Of a DNA stretch of 64,000 nucleotides, positions 27,900-36,807 are shown one piece after another (the stretch's first letter is position 1; each line of letters opens with the position of its first letter). The position numbers and the translations under genes are program-made. A model generated the notes under the pieces. That model had not been told where the DNA came from and ran no database searches. It was given only the letters and a program-made list of their open reading frames with translations. Source of the DNA: Gammaproteobacteria bacterium (GTDB taxonomy: Bacteria > Pseudomonadota > Gammaproteobacteria > UBA9339); contig JAFGXA010000053.1 in the NCBI GenBank assembly GCA_016936855.1, positions 41,620 through 105,619 on the forward strand, read 5' to 3'.

Positions 27900-28217
27900 A
27901 TGAGTTACTATCAGATATATTTTCACGTACCAGAATTACATGCAGAAGAAGTGAAAAAAGCGATATTTGAGGCAGGTGCAGGTCAAATAGAAAATTATGA
28001 TAAATGTGCTTGGCAAACGTCAGGCGTTGGTCAATTTCGTCCTTTGGAAGGTAGCCACCCTCATTTAGGTATGAAGGGTAAGTTAAGTAAAGTTGATGAG
28101 GTGAAGGTCGAAACTGTTTATGAGGAATCTAAGTTAGAGGCTGTGGTAGCTGCGTTAAAAGCTGCTCATCCGTACGAATCTGTGGCTTATGGCGTAATTA
28201 AATTAGAAGAATTTTAG
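27900..28217 (+). CDS. Small YqfO/NIF3-cap-domain-like protein (105 aa)
   Basis: The pattern YFHVPELHAEEVKKAIFEAGAG...AHPYESVAYGVIKLEEF resembles the stand-alone ferredoxin-like YqfO-family proteins. Assignment is from memory only. Confidence 0.4.
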   Translation: MSYYQIYFHVPELHAEEVKKAIFEAGAGQIENYDKCAWQTSGVGQFRPLEGSHPHLGMKGKLSKVDEVKVETVYEESKLEAVVAALKAAHPYESVAYGVIKLEEF

Positions 28218-28225
28218 GTGTATAA

Positions 28226-28879
28226 ATGGGGGATCTAACCTTAATTCAAAAAATTATTGTATGGATATTGCCGGTGCTTTTCGCTATTACTGGGCATGAA
28301 GTTGCGCATGGCTGGGTGGCTTATAAACTTGGAGATAGAACCGCGCAGATGATGGGGCGGTTGACTTTAAATCCGTTAAAGCATATTGATTTGTTGGGCA
28401 CGATTATTATTCCTGGTTTGTTGCTGTTGCTTGGTGGTTTTGTTTTTGGTTGGGCAAAACCCGTGCCGGTTAATTATGAAAACTTAAAGCATAAACGACG
28501 TGATGTGATTTTAGTTGCAGCAGCGGGTTGTATGGCTAATTTTATTATGGCATGTCTTTGGGGCGGTGTTGGTCGTTTTGGGGTTTTTTTATTACATCAC
28601 GGGATGCAGTGGCCAATAGCGCTGGTTTTTATGGGGCAGGCTGGAATCTTGATTAACTTGATTTTGATGGCGCTAAATTTATTACCAATTCCACCGCTTG
28701 ATGGTAGCAAAATTGTAGAAATGCTATTGCCCAAAAAGTGGGCCTTTCATTACGAACGTATTGCTCCGTATGGTTTCTTTATTCTTTTGTTGTTGCTAGC
28801 AACCAAAACCCTTGGCTTAATTTTAATGCCATTGGTTAATATCCTATTTCGTTTGGTTATGCTTATTGTTGGTTTTTGA
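28226..28879 (+). CDS. Site-2 protease family (peptidase M50) membrane metalloprotease
   Basis: The HEVAHG (HExxH) motif in the first TM region and a downstream LLPIPPLDGSK motif. Confidence 0.8.
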   Translation: MGDLTLIQKIIVWILPVLFAITGHEVAHGWVAYKLGDRTAQMMGRLTLNPLKHIDLLGTIIIPGLLLLLGGFVFGWAKPVPVNYENLKHKRRDVILVAAAGCMANFIMACLWGGVGRFGVFLLHHGMQWPIALVFMGQAGILINLILMALNLLPIPPLDGSKIVEMLLPKKWAFHYERIAPYGFFILLLLLATKTLGLILMPLVNILFRLVMLIVGF

Positions 28880-28938
28880 ACGATTGTCTTATTATATTAG
28901 AACATGCTAATATAGTGTTTTTTTAACGATGTTTATTT

Positions 28939-29967
28939 ATGAGACGTAAATTATTTATTGTAATCATTTTGTTATGTGCCGCGATATTTAGCGCAATTTT
29001 TTTATTAAAAGATTCTAAGCATAAGCAAGGACTAATTAAATCTTCTGTTGCAAAGCAAAGTTTTATTATCGCTAAAAAAGAGTTAATACCAAATTATTAC
29101 AGAGTGAGTGGTACTGTAGAACCAAATACTACTGGTAAATTAGCCGCGCAAATTGTTGGCAAAATAGATAACGTTTTTGTTAAAAATGGCGATAATGTTA
29201 AAAAAGGCGAATTGTTAATTAAGATCGATAGCCGCGATTATGTGGCAAAATTAGCGGCTGCGAAGCAAGCGGTAGAGGCTGCTAAAGCACTGTTTGCGGA
29301 ACAGAAAAACAATATAAAGCGTATGCAAAATATGCTTAAAAAATCTTATATAAGTCATAGTTTGTATGATCAATCATTGGCGGCTTTTTTACAGAGTAAA
29401 GCTAATTTGTTGGGTGCAGAAAAGGTGTATGATCAGGCTAAAGTTGCTCTGAGCTATTGTAAAATAACGGCTCCTGCTAATGGCGTTATTTTATCAAGAA
29501 ATGTTGATCCAAGCGATCAGGCATCTCCTGGTAAGATATTGTTAACTATTCAGACTAGTACGTTGTTACATATGGCGGTTAATGTGCCGGCTATGTTTAT
29601 GCATAAGTTAAAGTTGGGTGATGTAATTAATTTAGAAGTTAATGGTAAAAACCTATTAGGAAAAGTTTCGGAAATAGCACCTAATATTGACTCTGATAGC
29701 AGAACTTTCTTGATGAAGATCGCAATCCGAGCGAAAGAGGGTGATTTATTTTCTGGAAGTTATGGTTATGCGGATTTGCCAATTGGCGAGAGGCAGGCTG
29801 TGGTTATTCCTACAAAGGCAGTTGTAACAGTTGGTCAGTTGGAATTGGTCAAAATTATACATAATGGTGACATTATCCGGACCTTTATTACCACAGGTCA
29901 GGCCGTTGATGGTGATAAGATTGAGGTTTTGTCTGGCTTGGAGGGTGGTGAGAAGGTTTTGGTTTAA
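28939..29967 (+). CDS. Efflux RND transporter periplasmic adaptor (membrane fusion protein)
   Basis: N-terminal anchor, a lipoyl/hairpin pattern (GDNVKKGELLIKIDSRDY...CKITAPANGVI) and a beta-barrel C-terminus. Directly upstream of the RND permease. Confidence 0.85.
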   Translation: MRRKLFIVIILLCAAIFSAIFLLKDSKHKQGLIKSSVAKQSFIIAKKELIPNYYRVSGTVEPNTTGKLAAQIVGKIDNVFVKNGDNVKKGELLIKIDSRDYVAKLAAAKQAVEAAKALFAEQKNNIKRMQNMLKKSYISHSLYDQSLAAFLQSKANLLGAEKVYDQAKVALSYCKITAPANGVILSRNVDPSDQASPGKILLTIQTSTLLHMAVNVPAMFMHKLKLGDVINLEVNGKNLLGKVSEIAPNIDSDSRTFLMKIAIRAKEGDLFSGSYGYADLPIGERQAVVIPTKAVVTVGQLELVKIIHNGDIIRTFITTGQAVDGDKIEVLSGLEGGEKVLV

Positions 29968-29991
29968 AGGGTTGGGGGCGCATCAAGTTGG

Positions 29992-30061
29992 GATGACGGT
30001 GCTGTCGATTAGCGGATGAGGTTTGTTTGGCAGATGTAGGGGCGGACCCCTGTGTCCGCCC
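29992..30061 (+). repeat. GC-rich intergenic repeat family, copy B (complete unit)
   Basis: The unit is GATGACGGTGC-TGTCGATTAGC-N8-TTTGTTTGGCAGATGTAGGGGC. It ends in a perfect 8-bp hairpin GGGCGGAC(40-47)/GTCCGCCC(54-61) with a 6-nt loop. It lies between the MFP stop and the RND start. Confidence 0.7.
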
Positions 30062-30071
30062 TTGATTAAAC

Positions 30072-33000
30072 ATGCACGGTATTTTTATGTCAGAAAAAAA
30101 TAAACAAGGATTAATTACCAAAATTGTATCGCTGTTTTTGCGGTCTAAATTGGCTATTGTTTTAATTATTGTATCAATGTTACTTGGTATTGCCGCTGTT
30201 ATTGTGACCCCAAAAGAAGAAGATCCACAGATTGTGGTGCCAATGGCTGATGTCGTAGTTCAGGTGCCTGGTGTAAAGGCTGCTGAAGTGAACCGGTTAG
30301 TTGCAACACCTTTGGAAAGGTTAATATGGCAAGTTAAGGGTATAGAAGATGTTTATAGTGTATCGCGCGATGGGGAAGCGTTAGTTACAGCAAGATTTTT
30401 CGTAGGGCAAAATCAGGAAGATGCGTTAGTTCGGCTTTTGACCAAGATCGATATGAATGCTGATGTTATGCCCTCTATTGTGAAAAGCTGGTTGGTAAAA
30501 CCTGTTAGCATAGATGATGTGCCAATAGTGAATGTTGCACTTTATTCCGCTAAAGAAAGTGATTTTACGGTGCGGCGTGTTGCTGAAGAGGTCTTGAACG
30601 AACTTAGTAAAGTAGAAAATATTTCTAAAACTTGTATTGTGGGTGGGCGAAAATTAGTAGCTCGTGTTGAGTTAACGCCGTATAAGTTAGCGGCCTATAA
30701 AATAACTCCATTGCAAGTGTATCAAGCCATTCAAAATGATGATCTTGCGGTTATTGCTGGTAAACTTAATCGTGAAAATTTGCAATTTAATGTTACTAGT
30801 GATTCTTTTTTAGTTAATAAAAGTGATTTATCAAATGTTGTGGTTGGAGTTTATGCAGGACGCATCGTTTATTTGAAAGATATTGCGAAAGTTTTAGTTG
30901 GACCAAGTTTGGCAACTAATTATAGTTTTATTGATTTTGCCGGTGATAATTCTTTTTATCCTGCAACTACCGTTGGTTTGGCGAAGAAGAGTGGTTCTAA
31001 CGCGGTAACTGTTGCAAATAATATAGTTGCGAAATTAAAAGAACTCAAAAAAACTGTTATTCCAAGTGACATCAAGACAAAAATCATTAGAAATTACGGT
31101 AAAACTGCGCATGATAAAGTAAATACATTGCTTTATTCATTGGGGCTTGCAATTTTAACAGTAGTTGCGGTTTTGATGTGGTTTTTAGGATGGCGTGAAG
31201 CGCTTATTGTGGCTGTTTCTGTCCCTATTAGTTTTGCGCTGGCTTTATTTGTGGATTATTTATTTGGTTACTCTATCAATAGGGTTACTTTATTTGCGTT
31301 AATTTTGTCTTTGGGTTTGGTGGTGGATGATCCAATAACTAATGTTGAAAATATTCAGCGTCATATTTTGCAGAGTGCTAGGAATATATCTGATTCTATT
31401 TTGATTGCAGTGAATGAAGTGCTTCCACCAGTTATCATGTCGTCTTTGACTATTATTGTGTCATTTCTGCCTCTGTTTTTTATTACTGGGATGATGGGGC
31501 CATATATGTCACCTATGGCGTCAACCGTACCACTTACAATTATATTCTCGACGGTTTGCTCATTAACTGTAGTACCATGGATGAGTTATATGATGTTGCG
31601 ATCCAAAGCGTGTCATCATGAGGGGATTTCTCTTGAAGATAACCATCACCATGATGTAACACCGGAATGGGTAAAACGCGGTTATCGCAAAATTGTTGAA
31701 CCTTTTTTGGAATCAAGTAAAAGGCGCTGGCTATTATTGATTGGAATTATTGCTGCTTTATTGGTGTGTGTGATTTTGATATTGATGCAGAAAGTGCCGT
31801 TACAGTTATTGCCATTTGATAATAAAAATGAATTACAGCTTGTAATCAACATGCCGGAAGGCACAACTTTGGAAGGGACTAATAGAGTAGTTAATGAGAT
31901 GGGACAGTATTTACATGGTATAAAAGATGTAAAGAATTTTGTGACATATGTGGGTTCCCCGTCTCCTATGGATTTTAACGGTATGGTGCGCCATTATTAT
32001 TTAAGGCAATCGGACAATTTAGCTGATATTCGTGTTAATTTGGTAGATAAGGGTGAGCGGAGTTTAAGTAGTCACGAGTTAGCTCTAAAAATGCGTAAAA
32101 GGCTGGAAGAAATTGCTAGCGCCAATAAAGCTAAACTTGCAATTATTGAAATGCCACCAGGACCCCCAGTGCTTTCTACTATTGTTGCGGAAATACGCGG
32201 TACGCCATCAAGTAGTTATGCTCAGTTGATTCAGGGAGCTAAGGCCGTTGAGTCGCTGCTTAAAAAAGAGAAGTATGTAGTAGATGTTAGTGATTCAAGT
32301 GAAAAAGTGAGAGATAAATTAAATTTTGTATTGGATAAAGAGAAGGCTGCTTTAAACGGGGTAAGCGCTGCTGAGGTTGCTAGTACTTTAAAATTGGTGT
32401 TAGGTGAGAATACGCCAATGCTGTTGCATAAAGTTGGTGAGCGTAATGCTTTGGTCATTCAAATAATGACGCCACTTAAATATCGCTCTTCCAGTGAAGA
32501 TTTGTCGCAAATAAATGTGCGCAATCAAAGTGGAGGTTTAGTGCCATTGGTAGAGCTTGGGCATTTTGAAAAAAACCTACAGGATCAGCCTATTTATCAG
32601 AAGAATTTGCACAATTTGGTTTATGTCTATGCTAATGTAGCTGGTCGTCCGCCGGCTGATGTAGTGCTGCAAATGCATCGTTATTTGGAGAATCATCCTT
32701 TGCCAAATAATTTGAGGGTTGATTGGACGGATGAGGGTTCGATTCATATTACTGTAAGGGTGTTCCGTGATATGGGTTTGGGTTTTGCGGCAGCCTTGTT
32801 GGCGATTTATGTGTTGTTATTTCTGCAAACAGATTCTTTTATTATTCCTTTGATTATGATGTTGGCAATTCCTTTGACAATTATTGGTATTGTGCCAGGA
32901 TTTTGGTTGCTTAATGTCATTGCTAATCATCCAATCGGTGGTTTTCCAACGCCGATATTTTTTACTGCAACCAGCATGATAGGTATGATTGCTTTGGGTG

Positions 33001-33308
33001 GTATAGTGATTCGCAATTCACTAATCTTAATTAGCTTTATTGATAATAGTGTCAAGCAAGGCATGTCGTTTAAGGAGGCTGTGTTAATGAGTGGTGCGGT
33101 GCGGTTGCGCCCCATATTTTTAACGGCAGTCACGGCAGCACTTGGTGCTTGGCCGATAACATTGGATCCAATTTTTTCAGGTCTCGCTTGGGCGTTAATT
33201 TTCGGTCTGTGTGCTTCTACTGCATTTTCGCTTTTGGTAATTCCCGTTACTTATTATGCTTTGGTAGGTAGCAAATCGAAGACATCGTTGTCTTGTGATT
33301 TAATTTAA
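30072..33308 (+). CDS. Efflux RND transporter permease (AcrB/HAE1-like)
   Basis: 1078 aa with the 12-TM RND architecture and two large periplasmic loops. An alternative start is the ATG at 30087 (MSEKNKQGL). Confidence 0.9.
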   Translation: MHGIFMSEKNKQGLITKIVSLFLRSKLAIVLIIVSMLLGIAAVIVTPKEEDPQIVVPMADVVVQVPGVKAAEVNRLVATPLERLIWQVKGIEDVYSVSRDGEALVTARFFVGQNQEDALVRLLTKIDMNADVMPSIVKSWLVKPVSIDDVPIVNVALYSAKESDFTVRRVAEEVLNELSKVENISKTCIVGGRKLVARVELTPYKLAAYKITPLQVYQAIQNDDLAVIAGKLNRENLQFNVTSDSFLVNKSDLSNVVVGVYAGRIVYLKDIAKVLVGPSLATNYSFIDFAGDNSFYPATTVGLAKKSGSNAVTVANNIVAKLKELKKTVIPSDIKTKIIRNYGKTAHDKVNTLLYSLGLAILTVVAVLMWFLGWREALIVAVSVPISFALALFVDYLFGYSINRVTLFALILSLGLVVDDPITNVENIQRHILQSARNISDSILIAVNEVLPPVIMSSLTIIVSFLPLFFITGMMGPYMSPMASTVPLTIIFSTVCSLTVVPWMSYMMLRSKACHHEGISLEDNHHHDVTPEWVKRGYRKIVEPFLESSKRRWLLLIGIIAALLVCVILILMQKVPLQLLPFDNKNELQLVINMPEGTTLEGTNRVVNEMGQYLHGIKDVKNFVTYVGSPSPMDFNGMVRHYYLRQSDNLADIRVNLVDKGERSLSSHELALKMRKRLEEIASANKAKLAIIEMPPGPPVLSTIVAEIRGTPSSSYAQLIQGAKAVESLLKKEKYVVDVSDSSEKVRDKLNFVLDKEKAALNGVSAAEVASTLKLVLGENTPMLLHKVGERNALVIQIMTPLKYRSSSEDLSQINVRNQSGGLVPLVELGHFEKNLQDQPIYQKNLHNLVYVYANVAGRPPADVVLQMHRYLENHPLPNNLRVDWTDEGSIHITVRVFRDMGLGFAAALLAIYVLLFLQTDSFIIPLIMMLAIPLTIIGIVPGFWLLNVIANHPIGGFPTPIFFTATSMIGMIALGGIVIRNSLILISFIDNSVKQGMSFKEAVLMSGAVRLRPIFLTAVTAALGAWPITLDPIFSGLAWALIFGLCASTAFSLLVIPVTYYALVGSKSKTSLSCDLI

Positions 33309-33424
33309 TCTTATAAGTCAGTAAAAATTACTTAGTTTAGCGTTCGAAATACCAAATTTTTGGCGATCAGTTTTTATTTCTTTTTCACTAAGATAATCCT
33401 CGAGCTATTGCTCAACAAACAAAA

Positions 33425-33452
33425 CGTCATCCTGACGGACGTCAGGATCCGG
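33425..33452 (+). repeat. CGTCATCC-palindrome module (copy E)
   Basis: CGTC-ATCCTGACG-GA-CGTCAGGAT-CCGG has a perfect 9-bp stem (33429-33437 / 33440-33448). It shares the CGTCATCC...GGATC frame with the hairpin at 39111-39137. Confidence 0.55.
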
Positions 33453-33569
33453 AGGTAGATAAAAAGAAAATTCTAAATATTTTTTTAAGGACTCTGGGTT
33501 CTCGTGTCCGCTGGAATAACGGTGAATAACTACAATTATTTTATTAAGACTAATTATAGGAGGCGTCTG

Positions 33570-35438
33570 ATGAGAGAGGATTTTGTTGATGTTGTTGTTT
33601 TATCTCAAGGATTGATTCGTGTTAAATACGAGGAACGTGATATTGATGGTTATGCTCCAGGGCGGGTTCCAGTTCCGCCAATCTTAGAAAGAGAAGCGGC
33701 AGAAAAATTACATGAAGCGGCGCGGAGGGCCCAAGAAATTGGCATTATATTTTGTGTGCGTGGAGCATATGCTGCTGCAGATCAATTTGATGGCGAATTT
33801 GCCTGGGCTGATACGGTGAGATTGCGTTTCTTGGATGAAGACACAGATAAAATTTTAACTAATGAAGTTCGTATTGAAAAATTGAGAGAAATTATGTCTG
33901 AATTTGGTTTTGAATATTTGGAAGACCTAGAATCTTTACGGTACGAATATACTATTTTCGATCAACCATTGACACTTCATATTGACTCATTTTCACGAAT
34001 TTTCGCCAAAAAACGCAACAAATTTAGCAAACGTGAAAAAAAAGTTTGGAAGCATTTGGAGCAAATATTAAGGCAGATTCGTCGTTTTGGTGAGTTAGAT
34101 CCACCCAAAATGATATATGTTGTTACACAATTGCGTAAGTATAATCACTTCATTTTAAAGAATAAAAAGTTATTAACTGCGATTGTAAAAAGCCTTGAAG
34201 GAGCAGTTGTCGATGCTCAGGTTAGTAATGATGCGTTGCGTACAGAACATTGTTATTTATTGATGACGCTTAGATTTTTTCTTATGCACCGTTTGAAATG
34301 GTATCTTAAGAAACCGTATTCACTAACTGTTGACGAGTCGGATGAAATAAAAAAGAGTCTTAATGTTCTGCATGAAATCGCGGATCGAGATGGTGCTAGG
34401 GTTGCGGATTATTTTTTAATGTATGAGGCACGGTGTTTGATTGAATATTATGAGGGCAGAGTAAAGCTTATTAAACGCAAAGGACAGGCTTTTGACGAGG
34501 TAATGGATTTTCTCGATATATTTAAATCACATGGATCCGGTATTCGTTATAAACATCTAGAAATAATAAAAAGGATATTCAAAAATGATGTATCTCAATG
34601 GTGTTTATACGCAAACGCTACGATGCTACGTGATAGATCTTTATCTGATATGGATTTTTTACGTGAGCGCTTTATCAATATTTTTCATATGTATCGTGCT
34701 TATGGTCGCAGAGAAAGGAGGGAGGTTAATAAGTTATATGCTAATAAAAAAAGGAAGAAAATAAGGTTTGATTGGCGTGTGGCCTATCCATATATTATAG
34801 AATTGGAGAGGCGTTTATCTAGATCTAATGATGTGAGTTTCGTGGACAACGTGTTAGATGTTATAAAGGACATTATCTATGCTCGTTATTCACTATTATT
34901 TTGTGCTGTATATCATGATGATAAGCATAGTAGATTGGCAACTTGCGAGGGCGTTTTGCATTTGTTGTACACATTGAGCTTTTCTAGTGCAACAAAAGAT
35001 GTTGCAAGATGGAATGATGTTGTTGTGCGAGCAAACGCGCTTATTGCTAAGTTGCTTGATATAGTGGCAAACGGGGAAGATAATCAATCAGGCAAAATAT
35101 TTCAAAAAGGTGATAAATTTAGTTTTCCATATTGCAAGGAATTTGCCTTATATGACGAGCGGTTGCAGATGGCCTCTTTAACGAAAGTTAGATCTGTTGA
35201 TTCTGTAGTAGCAGAGCTTATTCATGAATCTTCACTGTTGGCAATGGGGTCTGATGTTTCGTATAGTGACTCTGAGTTGTTGGAAGGTGTTCCTATGAGT
35301 GAAAAATATCCAGGTTCGCCGAAGCCGTCTTTGTCTAGAGATTTTATGAGACATTCTTCCCGCTTTTTTCTGGCACGCTCGGAGTTGAGTGATACTGACA
35401 TTACTTCTCGGGTGTCAGTATCTCTTACCCTTGATTAA
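33570..35438 (+). CDS. Hypothetical protein (622 aa), candidate Dot/Icm substrate
   Basis: A long ORF with a strong SD (AGGAGG 33558-33563) 6 nt before the ATG at 33570. The GTG at 33504 given in the ORF track is rejected. No recognisable domain. Helix-rich, with an S/T/D-rich C-terminus. Confidence 0.6.
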   Translation: MREDFVDVVVLSQGLIRVKYEERDIDGYAPGRVPVPPILEREAAEKLHEAARRAQEIGIIFCVRGAYAAADQFDGEFAWADTVRLRFLDEDTDKILTNEVRIEKLREIMSEFGFEYLEDLESLRYEYTIFDQPLTLHIDSFSRIFAKKRNKFSKREKKVWKHLEQILRQIRRFGELDPPKMIYVVTQLRKYNHFILKNKKLLTAIVKSLEGAVVDAQVSNDALRTEHCYLLMTLRFFLMHRLKWYLKKPYSLTVDESDEIKKSLNVLHEIADRDGARVADYFLMYEARCLIEYYEGRVKLIKRKGQAFDEVMDFLDIFKSHGSGIRYKHLEIIKRIFKNDVSQWCLYANATMLRDRSLSDMDFLRERFINIFHMYRAYGRRERREVNKLYANKKRKKIRFDWRVAYPYIIELERRLSRSNDVSFVDNVLDVIKDIIYARYSLLFCAVYHDDKHSRLATCEGVLHLLYTLSFSSATKDVARWNDVVVRANALIAKLLDIVANGEDNQSGKIFQKGDKFSFPYCKEFALYDERLQMASLTKVRSVDSVVAELIHESSLLAMGSDVSYSDSELLEGVPMSEKYPGSPKPSLSRDFMRHSSRFFLARSELSDTDITSRVSVSLTLD

Positions 35439-36292
35439 TGTTTATATATTTCAAAGCCGCAGTTGAGTAATTTTTGCTTGATTGCGGTTTTGCTGCTGCA
35501 ATTTAATTTTTCGCGTATGTTACTAAGGTGCGTTTCTACTGTACGAGGTGAAATATTGAGTTGATCAGCCGTTTCTTTAGTGTTATGTCCTTGCAAAATA
35601 TGCAGCACACAGTCTAGTTCTCGCCCGGACAAAACTATGCCTTTTAATTCTCCTGCCGTAAATTTATAGTTATTTATTTTAGTTTCTTTTAAATACTTCT
35701 GCTTAATGTTGTAGGTTTGCTTGTGTAATCTTTCTAAATGATATCTATCGAAGGTTTTGTTTGTTTGTGTTTGACCTATATGGGCCGATATTTTGATTGG
35801 TATTTTTTCGGCGTGTTCTATATATGGTCGTGCCTTTTCCTTAAAGTACATGGTAAATCTTTTTAGAACATCAAGATTATTTAGATAGAAATTTATTATT
35901 TGTTTATTGTGAGCACTACTACCAAAATTATAAAATTCGCAATAATTGTCTCTTTTTTCTACTAAAGTTATGCCGTTCCCTATATTAAAACCAAATTCAG
36001 CATCTTCTAGAAATGTTTTAGCGTCCTGCAATGCTGACCACAAAATAAAGCCGGATTTATGTAGTTCCGGGTCTTTTAGTAGGATGCTAATATGGTGATA
36101 GCCTTTAGCGTAGAAATTTTTTGTCCACTCTTTATTGTCGCACAGTGTTATGTGTTTATTATCTGAATAATTTTTTATGTAGCGAAAATAGGTAATATCG
36201 AATCTTCGTAATGGTGCACAGATTTCCTCGATTTTATCGGCATAATAAAGACTTGGATGTCTAGATGTAATTGAATCCTGGTTGACTGACAT
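35435..36292 (-). CDS. LuxR-family transcriptional regulator (solo; unrecognised N-terminal sensor-like domain)
   Basis: C-terminal GerE/LuxR HTH: LSGRELDCVLHILQGHNTKETADQLNISPRTVETHLSNIREKL. There is no receiver-domain Asp pocket and no adjacent luxI. The stop overlaps the orf622 stop by 4 nt (convergent). Confidence 0.8.
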   Translation of the reverse strand: MSVNQDSITSRHPSLYYADKIEEICAPLRRFDITYFRYIKNYSDNKHITLCDNKEWTKNFYAKGYHHISILLKDPELHKSGFILWSALQDAKTFLEDAEFGFNIGNGITLVEKRDNYCEFYNFGSSAHNKQIINFYLNNLDVLKRFTMYFKEKARPYIEHAEKIPIKISAHIGQTQTNKTFDRYHLERLHKQTYNIKQKYLKETKINNYKFTAGELKGIVLSGRELDCVLHILQGHNTKETADQLNISPRTVETHLSNIREKLNCSSKTAIKQKLLNCGFEIYKH

Positions 36293-36399
36293 CAATTTAA
36301 CTCCATAAAGAAGGTAAATTTTAGCACTGTAAATGATTTCCGCAAATTTTTGTTATTGTGTATAACGGTTTTTTGTCGTTTTTATTAGGCGTAATAGGT

Positions 36400-36807
36400 C
36401 TATTTCGATCTTTTTACCAATTTTAGCGGAGATGGCTTTTTTATAGGGGTTGTAGGTTCTTGTTGATCTGTTGCTTCTTGATAGTTTTCGATATCTTCTG
36501 GTGAAAACATAAAGTTAGTTTGTTCTGGATTTTCACGCGCATAGATTGCAAGAATAGATGGAGTTGGCAGATAAATGGACACTACCTCACCGCCAAATCT
36601 GCCTAAGAATTCTGTTGCATCATTTCCCATACGTAGATCTTTAGTGGCGCGCGGAGCAATGTTAAAAACTATTCGACCATCTTGCACCTGTTCTTGTGGG
36701 ACAACGACGTTTTCGGCCTCGGCATTTATTAAAATATGAGGCGTCATACCATTATCCAAGATCCATTCATAAAATGCGCGAAGTAAGTAAGGGCGAGTTG
36801 GAGTCAT
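36400..36807 (-). CDS. sspB: Stringent starvation protein B (ClpXP specificity enhancer)
   Basis: The N-terminus TPTRPYLLRAFYEWILDNGMTPHILI matches SspB. Follows sspA. Confidence 0.9.
   Translation of the reverse strand: MTPTRPYLLRAFYEWILDNGMTPHILINAEAENVVVPQEQVQDGRIVFNIAPRATKDLRMGNDATEFLGRFGGEVVSIYLPTPSILAIYARENPEQTNFMFSPEDIENYQEATDQQEPTTPIKKPSPLKLVKRSK

Noticed and set aside
33470-33492. Possible PmrA-type tandem box (TCTAAATATTTTTTTAAGG) upstream of the orphan gene
   Set aside because: It matches the cTTAATatT-N2-cTTAATatT consensus poorly: the core is wrong in both halves and the period is 12 nt rather than 11 nt. In AT-rich DNA this is likely chance.
33504-33569. GTG start giving a 22-aa extension to the 622-aa orphan protein
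   Set aside because: A perfect AGGAGG SD sits 6 nt before the ATG at 33570, and nothing comparable precedes the GTG.
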